A stretch of 64,000 nt of DNA from Octopus sinensis (GCF_006345805.1 NC_043025.1:15376001-15440000), one strand, 5' to 3'. Numbered from the stretch's first letter, positions 1-11,563 are shown. Notes: generated by a model not told the origin, from the sequence alone. Numbers and translations: made by a program.

Positions 1-317
1 ATATATATGAAGCGTACACTCTAGTGAAATTCCTCACTCCCTTTTGCATGTAGCAGGTAAGAGCTAGCCTTTGGCTGCTATTTCGATCACGTTGTATCCA
101 CTTCTCCTTTTGGTTATTGGCGCAATTTGTCTCTTTATTCTGTTGCATCAATTTGCTGCATGTAACCAATCAGAGCCCATAAATACAATCACGTGAGGGA
201 GCCTATTCTCAACCCAGTTTTTGAGCCTACCACTCCTTATAAAAACTCACCTTCTCCTTGTTTTGAGGTCTTTCGGTTCCAGACCTTTTTAGGTCTAGCC
301 ACTGACCGCACAAGACA

Positions 318-797
318 AGCATAAGATCTGGTCATCAAATCTAAGCAGAGATTTCAAACTTAAAATCTTCAAAGCCACAGTCGAACCAATTCTACTACAT
401 GGCTCAGAAACCTGGACGTTATCAAAGAAGCTTGAGAGGCGGTTGGATGGAACCTACACTTGCCTCCTTATGAGAGCTCAAAATCTTTCGTGGAAGCGTG
501 ATCCAACCAAAGTACAAATATATGGGAAACTACCATTTGTATCATCTTTAGTGAAAGGTAGGAGAGTCCAGTTTGCTGGACATTGTTGTAGAGCTGAAAA
601 CGCGGCAATTTCTACTCTTCTCCTCTCGAAGCCATCTGCTCGCGATACCAGAAGGCGCACACTCTCCTACCCTGATGTAATCTCCAGGGATACAGTCATC
701 CAGCAACAGGACCTCCGTAATGCCATGATAGACCATGAAGTCTGGCGTAGCATGGTAAATTCCATTGTCTCGACCACGGTCAAACAATGATGATGAT
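318..797 (+). mobile_element. RTE/RTEX-clade LINE 3' fragment (RT C-terminus plus (TGA)n tail)
   Basis: Translates KIFKATVEPILLHGSETWTLSKKLERRLDGTYT...RRVQFAGHCCR...DHEVWRSMV, then a TGATGATG tail. Same family at 21827-22170 and 26507-26752. Confidence 0.85.
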
Positions 798-1204
798 GAC
801 ACAAAACACAGCCAGTTCCAGTGACAAGACCACAGCAGCCATGTTGAGACCTACCAACTTCGTCCAACAGCATAACAGCAACCTCTGTCTTTGTCACCAC
901 TACCTTGTTGTCCTTAACATTGTCAACATCATCTCTCTATGTTCACAGCTCAGCAAGCAACTCACCCAGGTTCCAACACTTCACTGATTGTGAATTACTT
1001 CCCCACGGATCAACAGTCAATATACAACCTGCATGAACTCCTACATCGAGTGACCCCAGGCAGCATCATCACAACTACGACTTCACGTATGACCTGTACC
1101 AGTAACCAGCTCAGCATCATGGCCGTGACTTTTGATACAGTATTTCAACTACCGTGTACTATTGACTATGAACTGGTATTCTCTTCTTGTGTACATGAAG
1201 TTTT

Positions 1205-1613
1205 GGATCTTTTCGGTTTGACCGGCAGTTTTTAAAAAATAATATCCACGTAACTAAACACTTTTAAACTTCGTATACTGGTAGAATGTGTTTATAAAAC
1301 ATCTTTTACTCTTGGCTTTATTGAGAAAATTCTATAGTTTGTAAGATATGTTTTTTTTTTCTTCAATTTTTGCAATTTCAACCAATCAATGACGTCTATC
1401 GAGGTGAAAACATTCTGTGCCGTATGAATATGTCCCTCGTTTAAGAAACAGATTGGGTTTATTTACATTTCTGAAGAAAAAAGATACCCTTCCCTCCACC
1501 CCTAACCCTAAAACAGATTGAAATGCAATAGATCAATTCTAGAGTAATAATTATGGGTGACAATTTCATATAACACTGCAAGAAAAAAACTGCCGTTCAA
1601 ACGGAAAAGATCC
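1205..1613 (+). mobile_element. GGATC-ended MITE, ~410-bp monomer form
   Basis: TIRs GGATCTTTTCGGTTTGACCGGCAGTTTT / AAAACTGCCGTTCAAACGGAAAAGATCC; internal CCCTAA. No TSD retained in this copy. Confidence 0.9.
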
Positions 1614-2129
1614 TCACCGTCTCCTTCATTGCCATTCTTATATGTTCTTAACACACACATACATCTATGCCTACACGCACACATACATTTGTTCTCATGA
1701 CGACCTGTCTATCGTTCTGTATACACGACACACACACAGACACACATGTTAACATATCAATAAATCTTCTCATGGCTGTGTCCCTCTCTTTTCCCTCTGC
1801 CACTTATATGTACTATTCAGTTTTATATTCATTGTAAGGGCTGCTGTGTGATGGACTAAAGAGTCTTTCTCGTCACCTCGCATGGCACGGTCCTTACAAA
1901 TTGGTGACTTTCACATGATTTTATCCAGAGGCTCCGATTGGCTGCAAGTGGCAAATTGATGTGACAGAATGTGACACAAATTGCCCCAATATCAACCAAT
2001 CAGAGTAGAGGACACAGCAGGGTCCAAATAGTGGTCAAAGACCAATCTGTTACTTGCTTCGTTTGAATGCATGTATATATAATAAAGGGGAGAGAAGATT
2101 TTCACCCGAGTGTGTGCTACATATAGATG

Positions 2130-2560
2130 TCATCATCATCATCATCATTTAACGTCCGTTGTCCCTGCTGGCATGGGCTGGATGGTTTGACCAGGGCTGG
2201 CATACTGGAAGGCTGCACCAGACTCCAGTCTGATTTCGCATGGTTTCTATGGCTGGATGCCCTTCCTAACATGCCAACCACTCTGAGAGTGTGTGCTGGG
2301 TGCTTTTACATGACACCAGTATCTGCCACGACTATGATATTACTTGCATTGATGGATCTTCTTCTCAAGCATAGCATAATGCCAACGGTCTCTGTCTTTA
2401 GCCATTGCCTCTGTGAGGCCCAACTTTTGGAAGGGGTTTTTCACATGCCACCGGCATCGGCCACTTTGCCTCCGTGAGGCCCAATGATCGAAAGGTGTTT
2501 TTTTTGTGCCACTGGTATTGGTGCCAGTTACATGACACCAACAACCACACTCTCAGAGCA
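2130..2560 (-). mobile_element. RTE LINE 3' end (truncated)
   Basis: (CAT)n tail followed by TTAACGTCC...GCATGGG...GGATGCCCTTCCTAA, the reverse complement of the 3' UTR of the 13170-16135 LINE. Confidence 0.85.
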
Positions 2561-3384
2561 TCCACATCCACTGCTGACTTGGTCTCCTAGATAACGGAGG
2601 CTATCTACAACCTCTAGCTTACCCCACTGATAGTCAAAGGAGTCTATTTTCTGTACATTTTCAGTGTTTATTGTACCTGTGCATCTTCCACACAACAACT
2701 ATTTGCCAGTTTAACCTTCCTCTGATATTGCTACCCCTCTTATGTGTCCATAGCTTACACCATGAGAGGTTTTGGTATCCAGAGGACCCAAGATGGCAGG
2801 TAAGGCTACATAAGTGCTACAGGAGGACTGTAGTTAGACTCTCAGTTTGATAATAATACGAGTGAGAAGTCTAATGCGTGTCTTGTGTGACTTAATTGTA
2901 CTTGTGGCAACAATCACCCTGGGCGGGTTAAGTCGGCTTCTTCCACCACACTCGAGGCATTGTATTCACCATTGAGAATTCATAGAAGTTTCGTGGGAAT
3001 ATGTGGATTTGACAAGCGGTCCCCAACAATCCCACATGTAGAGACATCCTGTTTGCTACAGTTTGTCCACAGACGCAGGGACAGAACGACCGAGGAGCTG
3101 CCAGTTGCCGAAACAGACACTCCGAGGATTTTCACCAGAGCTCCATCTATTGGGTTGTGGCCCTAATACCACTCGGTGTCAGACCAATCCGCCTTGGATG
3201 GCCCTACCAGGAACCGAAGTTCCCGACGGCATAGCTCTGACACTACCTGTTGCCAGCGTCCCTGCCATGGTGAGGAGGGGATGGACTTTGGGGACGCTAT
3301 GGACTTTGAGGACGTATATGTTAAGTAAAATGAGACAACAAAACTAAGGCTGCGTGGAATTGATAGGACATTTATAAAGAGAAA

Positions 3385-3440
3385 GTTAGCCTTACAGCTG
3401 TTTCTGGGATATTAGGGATATCGCTTCATCAGAGACGATA
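3385..3440 (-). ncRNA. Candidate minimal hammerhead ribozyme of a Penelope-like terminal repeat
   Basis: Minus strand reads CTGATGA-AGCGATATCCCTAATATCCCA-GAAAC-AGCT-GTA: intact CUGAUGA and GAAA cores, GATAT/ATATC stem II, palindromic stem III (ACAGCTGT). Stem I is weak. Confidence 0.5.
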
Positions 3441-3596
3441 GGAGAGAGTTAACTAGAAGGAAATAGAATTCAATCTAAGGGGTTACTTTGGAAAAGGATT
3501 GTTATAGGGAGTATAAAAGGAAATAAGAGAATAAATTTCTACTTATATTTTTACAGTTTTTACTCTGGCTGCTGGTGTGAAAAAATAACAATGATA

Positions 3597-4026
3597 GCAG
3601 GCCGATGCCAGCACCGCCTTGACTGGCTCCCGTGCCGGTTGCATGTAAAAAGCACCATCTGAACGTGGCTGATGCCAGCGCCGCCTTGACTAGCTTCCAT
3701 GCCAGTGGCACGTAAAAAGCACCATCCGAACGTGGCCAATGCCAGCGCCGCCTTGACTGGCTTCCGTGCCGGTGGCACATAAAAAGCACCAATCTGATGG
3801 TGGCCATTGCCAGCCTCGCCTGGCACCTGTGCTGGTGGCTCGTAAAAAGCACCTACTACACTCTCAGAGTGGTTGGCATTAGGAAGGGCATCCAGGTGTA
3901 GAAACTCTGCCAGATCAGATTGGAGCCTGGTGCAGCCACTGGCTCTCCAGTCCTCAGTCAAACCATCCAACCCATGCCAGCATGGAAAATGGATGTTAAA
4001 CGATGATGATGATGATGATGATGATG
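3597..4026 (+). mobile_element. RTE LINE 3' UTR with ~4 tandem ~60-bp units and (GAT)n tail
   Basis: Repeated GCCGATGCCAGC...GTGCCGGTGGCACGTAAAAAGCACC units, then GGAAGGGCATCCAG...CCAACCCATGCCAGCATGGAA and (GAT)n. Confidence 0.9.
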
Positions 4027-4245
4027 AATAATAGTAATAAAAATGAGATAGAACTGGACGTTTGCATTCTTCACTAGAGCTATAACCAACAGTCTTCAAT
4101 TAGCGAACTGTGACAAAATTAGGAAAATGAATGAATAACAATAATGAATGGGTGAAAGAGGAAGAACTGGATTGAACAAAGGGATCTTCAGTTTTCTCTA
4201 ACATACGGCATGGAAGACAAAACTGTGGGTACATAGATAATGAAA

Positions 4246-5357
4246 TACTCTTTACTCTTTTACGTGTTTCAGTCATTTGACTGCGGCCATGCTGGAGCAC
4301 CGCCTTTAGTCGAGCAAATCAACTCCAGGACTTATTCTTTGTAAGCCCAGTACTTATTCTATTGGTCTCTTTTGCCAAACCGCTAAGTAACGGGGGACAT
4401 AAACACACCAGCATCGGTTGTCAAGCGATGTTGGGGGTGAAAAACACAGACACACAAACACACACATATATATCATCATCATCATCATCATTATCGTTTA
4501 ACGTCCACTTTCCATGCTAGCATGGGTTGGACGATTTGACTGAGGGCTGGCGAACCAGATGGCTGCACCAGTCTCCAATCTTGATTTGGCAGAGTTTCTC
4601 CAGCTGGATATAGTGGGTGCTTTTACGTACCACCGGCACAAGGGCCAGTCTGGCAGTACTGGCAGCAGCCATGCTCAAATGGTGCTTTTTATGTGCCACC
4701 TGCACAGGAGCCAGTCCAGTGGCACTGGCAACAACCTCGCTCGAATATTTTTTCACGTGCCACTAGCACAAATGCCAGTAAGACGATGTAGGTAATGATC
4801 ACGTTCGAATGGTGTGGTTAGCGTGTCATCGGCACAAAGGCCAGCTTGTTGCTCTGGCAATGGTCTCACTCGTATGGTACTCTTAGCGCTCCACTAGCAA
4901 CGGATGCTAGTCATCGAATTTGATTTCGATTTCACTTGCCTCAACAGGTCTTCGCGAGCAGAGTTTAGTGTCCAATGAAGGAAAGGTATGCATAAGTGTG
5001 TTGGTTACACCCCTGGCATAGGCCACAAGGTTATGGTCTCATTTGAGCTGGCCAAGTCTTCTCAAGCATAGCATGCTTCAAAAGGTCCCGGTCACAAGTC
5101 ATTGCCTCGGTGAGGCCCAATGTTTGAAGGTCATGCTTCACCACCTCATCCCAGGTCTTCCTTCCACATATATATATATATATATATATACATATATATA
5201 CGATGGGCTTCTTTCAGTTTCTGTCTACCAAATCCACTCACAAGGCTTTGGTCGGCCCGAGGCTATAGCAGAAGACACTTACCCAAGGTGCCATGCAGTG
5301 GGACTGAACCCGGAACCATGTGGTTCGTAAGTAAGCTACTTACCACACAGCCACTCC
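4246..5357 (-). mobile_element. tRNA-derived SINE split by an RTE 3' fragment (4472-5162)
   Basis: SINE tail at 4246-4470 and head at 5200-5357 (minus strand GGAGTGGCTGTGTGGTAAG...GGTTCAGTCCC), with an RTE 3' end between them in the (TA)n middle. Confidence 0.8.
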
Positions 5358-5871
5358 TGGGCCTATATTTTGCGAATTTTTTTTTTTTCTTGAGCCCTAG
5401 GATTTATCAGGCCAGTTATCTGGTTTCCCTGGTGTTATAATCAGCTGAGATCACAACATTCCTCCTGAATGGAACACAAATTCTTGCCGGGTTCAAGTCA
5501 AGTAATTTTGAGGGAAGCGGGTGGACAGGCTAATTCCATCATTCCCCAGTACGAGACTGGTACTTTATTTTATCATCTCTAATCGCAAAGGGATGACAAA
5601 CAAAGTCAACTTTGGTGGGATTTGAACTCAAAGAGCTGGAATAAATGCTGATGAGAGCAATTGGGAAATTTGCCAACAATTTTGCTGCCTTGTGATTTTC
5701 CTGCAATGTAGATACAAGTACAAGAATATGAATCTGCAGTCTCAGGTTCAGTTCTAGGCATGATCAATGTCATCGGAGTAAATTCAGAAGATGGAAGCCA
5801 CGTGAAAGCCTCGCGTGCTACTATGTTTGTATGTGTGTGTGTATGTGTGTGTGTGTGTGTGCATACTTACA

Positions 5872-6080
5872 TCTTATTTCTTTACTACCCACAAGGGGCT
5901 AAACACTGAGGGGACAAACAAGGACAGACAAACGGATTAAGTCGATTATATCGACCCCGGTGCGTAACTGGTACTTAATTTATCGACCCCGAAAGGATGA
6001 AAGGCAAACTCAGAACGTAGCAGCAGACGAAATACCACTAAGAATTTCACTCGGCGTGCTAACGATTCTGCCAGCTCGCC
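5872..6080 (-). mobile_element. tRNA-derived SINE, second family (Nin-domain-like core CTTTCATCCTTTCGGGGTCGATAAATTAAGTACCAG)
   Basis: Minus-strand head GGCGAGCTGGCAGAATCGTTAGCACGCC and conserved core. Other copies at 16275-16485, 18757-18974, 22215-22400 and 23245-23660. Confidence 0.8.
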
Positions 6081-6294
6081 GTCTTCTGCATACTTACATC
6101 AGCATGCACTCCCCCACACACACACACACGACAGGCATGGTTAAGTGTCAAGAAGTTTGTTTCCCAACCACATGGTTTCGGGTTTAGTCCCACTGCATGA
6201 GGCCTGGGGCAATGAGTCTTCTACTATGGCCCTGATTGGTCTGACCAAAGCCTTATGAGTGGATTTTATATACAGAAACAGAAACGCGTCATAT

Positions 6295-6806
6295 ATCATC
6301 ATCATCACCATCATCATCGTTTAACGTCTGTTCTCCATGCTAGCATGGGTTGGACGGTTCGACCGGGGATCTGGGAGGCCAGAAGGCTGCACCAGGCTCC
6401 AGTCTGATCTGGCAATGTTTCTACAGCTGGATGCCCTTCCTAACGCCAACCACTCCGTGAGTGTAGTGGGCGCGTTTTATGTGCCACGATCGGTTGGTGC
6501 TTTTTATGTGCCACCAGCATGGAGGCCAGCCGGGGCGGCGCTGGCATCAGCCACGCTTGGATGGTTCTTTTACTTGCCACCGGCACTGGTATAACAGCTG
6601 CAATTTCCATTGATTTTTGAATGATTTCGATTTCGATTCCAATTTCACTTGCCTCAACAGGTCTTCGCAAGCAGAGTTTTGTGTCCCAAGAAGGAAAGGT
6701 ATGCATAAGCGGGCTGGCATAAGTAGAGGCCACAGGTTATGGCCTCGTTTGTCCTGCCGGGTCTTCTCACGCACAGCATACTTCCAAAGGTCTCAGTCTC
6801 GGTCAC
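6295..6806 (-). mobile_element. RTE LINE 3' end
   Basis: Tail, two hairpin units and the last RT codons on the minus strand. Confidence 0.85.
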
Positions 6807-6964
6807 ATATATATAAATGTGTATATTTATGGTGGACATGAAATGATGATGATGAGGAGGAGGATGATGAGGATGATATTTACACACACACAAGTAAGCA
6901 CATAAATGCAAAAACAAGGTGGAAAATAACAGTACCCAAATACCTATTATTTAAGTATTCCTCA

Positions 6965-8020
6965 CAGATGTTCGCTGAATGAGAACATGAATCTCTGTGT
7001 AATAGCTTTGGTCCTACCTCTGCTGGTGACAAAGGGCCTCTTGCTCAGAGTAAAAGGTAGACTGTATGACGCATGTGTACGAACAGCCATGCTACATGGT
7101 AGTGAAACATGGGCTGTGACTGCTGAGGACATGCGTAAGCTTGCAAGGAATGAAGCCAGTATGATCTGATGGATGTGTAAGGTCAGTGTGCATACTCGAC
7201 AGAGTGTAAGTACCTTGAGAGAAAAGCTGGACCTAAGAAGCATCAGATGTGGTGTGCAAGAGAGACGACTATGCTGATATGGTCATGTGTTGCGAATGAA
7301 TGAGGACAGCTGTGTGAAAAAGTGTCACACCCTGGCATTTGAGGGAACCTGTGGAAGATGTAGACCCAGGAAGACCTGGGATTAGGTGGTGAAGCATGAC
7401 CTCCGAACATTGTGCCTTACCAAAGAAATGACTAGTGACCAAGACCTTTGGAGATATGCTGTACTTAAGAAGACGTGACAAGCCAAGTGAAACCATAGCC
7501 CATGGCCTATGCCAGTGGGTGTAACCAGCCCATTTATGAATACCTCTCATTCATTGGACAATAAACTTTGCTTGCAAAGATCTATTGAAGCAAGTAAAAT
7601 CAAAATCAAAATTGTTGACAGTACCGCCTGATTGGCACTTGTGCCAGTGGAACATTAATAGCACCATCCGAGCATGATCATTGCCAAGGTCATGGATTGA
7701 CTCCCATGCTGGTGACACATGAAAAGCACCATTCACGCGTAATCGTTGCCAGCGTCGCCTTACCAGCACATAAAAAAACACCCTTTGAACATGGTCATTG
7801 CCAGAACAGCTGGACTGGCCTTCATGCTGGTGGCATGTAAAAGCACCCATTACACTCTTTGAGTGGTTGGCGTTAGGAAGGGCAACTGTAGAAACCTTGC
7901 CAGATCAGATTGAGCCTGGTGCAGCTTCTGGCTCACCAGTCCTCAGTCAAACCATCCAACCCATGCCAGCATGGAAAGCGGACGTTAAATGACGATGACG
8001 ATGTTGATGATGATGATGAT
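6965..8020 (+). mobile_element. RTE LINE RT C-terminus plus 3' UTR
   Basis: LLVTKGLLLRVKGRLYDACVRTAMLHGSETWAVTAEDMRKLARNEASMI...RPRKTW with in-frame stops, then 3' UTR and (GAT)n. Confidence 0.92.
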
Positions 8021-8582
8021 TTTGCAGCTTTAATAAAAGTATGTGTGTGACCCCCTTCGGTCATGAATGACCATGGGATTGCACCTAGAAAGTTACCCTC
8101 CGAGGCACAAGTCTGGGCAAGGTTTTTTATGGAAGACCAGCAGTTGCCCACACATACCAGCCTCCCCTCTCCATGCCACCGATGTTATCCAAGGGAAAGG
8201 TAAAGGGGCCGATACAGCTTGGCACCAGTGACATCGCAGCTCATTTATTAACGTGCAAGGGGCTGAGCACTCCACAGACATATGTACCCTTAACGTAGTT
8301 CTCGAGGAGATTCAGCGTGACACAGAGCATGACAAGGCTGGCCCTTTGAAATACAGGTAAAAGTATGTATATTATATATATCATCATCATCATTTAGCAT
8401 CTGCTTTCCATGTTGGATTAGGTTGGACGGTTTAGAACTGGTAAGCTGGGTGGTTGCTCCAAGTTCCATCTGATTTAGCATAGTTTCTGATGCTGCATCA
8501 TGCCCTTCCTAATGCTAACCACTCCAAGAGTGTAATGGGTGCTTACAAATAAACACAATGACACACATATATATATATATTA

Positions 8583-8810
8583 TGGAGATGTACTCACATA
8601 GCAAGTGATTTGATCTGAGATCGTGTGCTGAAACGAAAACAATTGCAGCGTGGAAGGTGTTTGTAAGCCATTTAAGAAATGTCAGTGAACAGGTCGTGGT
8701 CTTAAAGTGACAAAAATATTTTGACAAATTAAACTTAAATGTTGAAGTGAATCGAACGGCTTTTGTGTGTTTCTTAAATGGCTTACAAACACCTTCCACG
8801 CTGCAATTGT
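8583..8810. mobile_element. Long-TIR non-autonomous DNA element (TA-flanked), with an empty TTAA site at 8702
   Basis: A 40-bp inverted repeat (CAATTGCAGCGTGGAAGGTGTTTGTAAGCCATTTAAGAAA) is present in this copy. The copy at 39760-40176 shows the full ~110-bp TIR ending CTCCG|TA. Confidence 0.7.
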
Positions 8811-8821
8811 ATATATATATC

Positions 8822-9094
8822 ACATGATCACGTGACCGACCAGACCATCAGATGTCACAATGCGTTCGCATTGTTTTAGCCTTCGGATGACGCCACCCCG
8901 CTGGCTAAGCAAGCAGGCCAACAGAAGAAAGAGTGGTGAAAGAGTACAGCAAGGATCACCACCCCCCTGCTGGAGCCTCGTGGAGCTTTTAGGTGTTTTC
9001 GCTCAATAAACACACACAACGCCCGGTCTGGGAATCGAAAACACGATCCTATGACCACGAGTCCGCTGCCCTAACCACTGGGCCATTGTGCCTC
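8822..9094 (-). mobile_element. tRNA-derived SINE, third family
   Basis: Minus-strand head GGAGGCACAATGGCCCAGTGGTTAGGGCAGCGGACTC...TTCGATTCCC with A/B-box-like motifs, followed by a non-tRNA body. Confidence 0.8.
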
Positions 9095-9589
9095 CACACA
9101 CACACATATATATATATATATACACATACATATATATACATACTTATATATACATATATACACATATATATATACACACATATACATACATACATACATA
9201 TATATATACACATGCATACACTTCAATTAGTTCAAAGTTGAGGGAAAATTTCTTGAAGAAAATAAAAACAAAACGTATGTCACTTGACTACGTTTCTCCT
9301 GAAGATGATGCAACAATACAAAATGACGATGCAACATTTGCAATGACTTCAAACAGGGAAGAAAACAACAAGAACCAGAAATTATTCATTCTGCCCAGGT
9401 TACTAATTCTGCTCTCTCCCCATTCATCCACACACACATATAAATAAGCATATATCATTATTATCCCCGTTTAATAACCTTTTCCCAAGCTGATTTCTGG
9501 GCCACTTCGATAACCTGCTCCCCCAATATCGACCCATTGTTCCACTTCACTTCCCAGACGAGTGTTTACTGACCGAAATAGCAGTTATC

Positions 9590-9930
9590 AGTCATATCCG
9601 TCATCACTGAAGCGTGGTGGTCACGAGTGGCTACAACTAATATGAACAACGTGTCCTCCGCAGTTACGCATTACGTGTAAACAAACATGTGACACAATTA
9701 TTCATGAGTGAATGCTTCTTTCTCCGGCCACGTCTTCGCCCTTGCTGGCCACGTCCCGCTGGCCACGTCTTCGTTCGTTACACAATCACCAATGGCAACG
9801 GCAGAAATGATTTGAAAACGAAAATAAAAGATGACGTAATTTTCATTGACGAACCAAAAGTCGCCACGTAATAATTACTTATGTATGGAAGGCGAGACCA
9901 CCGATATTGGGAAATTTCGTTTTTCTCGGG
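9590..9930. promoter_or_regulatory. CpG-rich, apparently non-repetitive segment with clustered bZIP-type sites (possible promoter or enhancer)
   Basis: GCCACGT at 9727, 9748, 9762 and 9863; TGACGTAA at 9832; CCAAT at 9789; CpG-dense against a CpG-poor background. Confidence 0.4.
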
Positions 9931-10152
9931 TCAAGGAGTGGACAGAAAACTATGGAACAACATATACATATACACACACACGCCCATACACGCACACACA
10001 CATACCTACATGTATATCTATAATATAAAGTTCAGTTGAAATAGGTACTTAATTTATAGTATACTCATCTTGTATATATATATATTAATATATGTATACA
10101 TAGGAATTCAGATTATACATACATGCACACATACAGACACACACGCAAACAC

Positions 10153-10564
10153 GGATCTTTTCGGTTTGACCGGCAGTTTTTTAAAATAATTTCCACCTAA
10201 CTAAACACTTTTAAACTTCGTATACTGGTAGAATGTGTTTATAAAACATCTTTTTCTCTTGGCTTTATTGAGAAAATTCTATAGTTTGTAAGATATTTGT
10301 TGCTTTTTTCTTCAATTTCTGCAATTTCAAACAATCAATGACGTCTATTGAGGTAAAAAAAACATTCTGTGCCGTATGAATATGTCCCTCATTTAAGAAA
10401 GAGATTGGGTTTATTTACATTTGTGAAGAAAAAAAGGTACCCTTCCCCTAACCCTAACCCTAAAACAGATTGAAATGCAATAGATCGATACTAGGGTCAT
10501 AATTATGGGGGACAATTTCATATGACGCCGCTAGAAAAAACTGCCGTTCAAACCGAAAAGATCC
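10153..10564 (+). mobile_element. GGATC-ended MITE, monomer form
   Basis: Both TIRs present; flanking duplication CAAACAC (7 bp). Confidence 0.92.
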
Positions 10565-10790
10565 CAAACACATACAGACATCCACACCCACACACACACA
10601 AATACTTACGTATCTGTGTGTGTATTTGTGTGTGTGTGTACTGTGACAACTGTGTAAAGAAGTGCTGAGCTGTAATTGTGGAGGAAAGCAGCAGAAAGGG
10701 TCAGGGTTGGGGAGACGAGGGATGAAGTGGGGAGAAAGGATTTTCACTGCAGAAACGACAAGGAACCAGCAGCTCTGTGGTGATTTGCTA

Positions 10791-11563
10791 TCTCTATATA
10801 TTTATAAGGCAGTCTGTTTGTGTATCTGTCAGGTTGTACCCTCACCCTGACCACGGCTTTCAACCGATTGTGATGAAATTTGACACACACATAGCCCAAT
10901 GTCATAATTCAAAACTAACGCAGCGAAAATTTTGAAAAGTCTCCCCAGTTCTGAAAAAAATCGATAAATTCGACATAGGGTTGAGAATCTAAGCTTATCA
11001 TATGCAACACATTTTCCGTTGTAGTTTTCGCGACTTGCAATCGATTTTCACTAAACTCATGGTGAAGCTTAATGTTACCCTAAGAAACTTAATTCTGACG
11101 TTAGTTTTCCATGCAATACCTTACCATCAGAAAAAATCGATAAAATCATGCCATTTTTAGAAATCGCATTCAAATTCAAGATGACGTATTTTCGACAATA
11201 TCTTTAACAAATTGGCAGGAATTTTTTTTGAAATTCACAGCGAGCATCATGTCTGCTCCAAGGAGCTATATGGCCCTTTTGATTCCAATAGGATACGTTA
11301 TTACTGGAAAAAATCGGTTAATTACATCATATGTGGCACACAAAGCAAACCGATTTTTCTGCGATATTTTTTGAAAGTTCACATAAATTTTCCCTACTTC
11401 TTCATGCATGCAAGAGAACGGTGCCTTGAATGCCTTAATGCCTTTTAGGGTTCATTTTACAAAATAACGGTTCAATGAGTACAAAAAAGGGTAAAAAGTT
11501 AAAGGGCATTGCTTATCGACAAAGTTTCTTACATACCCGGGCAACGCTGGGCTATGCTGCTAG
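10791..11563 (+). mobile_element. Non-autonomous Helitron
   Basis: Begins A|TCTCTATATATTTATAAGG and ends with the CCCGGGCAACGCTGGG hairpin plus CTAG|T. This is the canonical TC...CTAG insertion between A and T with no TSD. Confidence 0.85.

Larger units (their letters stand above)
8..1898 (+). mobile_element. Putative LTR (interrupted by a LINE fragment and a MITE), followed by a PBS-like AATTGGTGAC
   Basis: Starts TG at 8 after a (TA)n tract; CCAAT (~167) and TATAAAA (~238) boxes; AATAAA at 1759; ends CCTTACA at 1898 followed by AATTGGTGAC. Positions 8-200 are homologous to an inverted copy at ~1905-2121. Confidence 0.4.

Noticed and set aside
3597-3860. Repeat-spacer look suggesting a CRISPR array (also 40760-40975 and others)
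   Set aside because: The intervening parts are homologous to each other, the arrays always sit in RTE 3' UTRs, there are no cas genes, and the context is eukaryotic.
9020-9094. tRNA gene (also the SINE heads at 24948, 46069 and 53930)
   Set aside because: The A/B boxes continue into SINE bodies, and I could not fold a complete cloverleaf with an acceptor stem.
9240-9420. Protein-like stretch MSLDYVSPEDDATIQNDD as an exon or hAT N-terminus
   Set aside because: No good splice sites and no recognisable domain.
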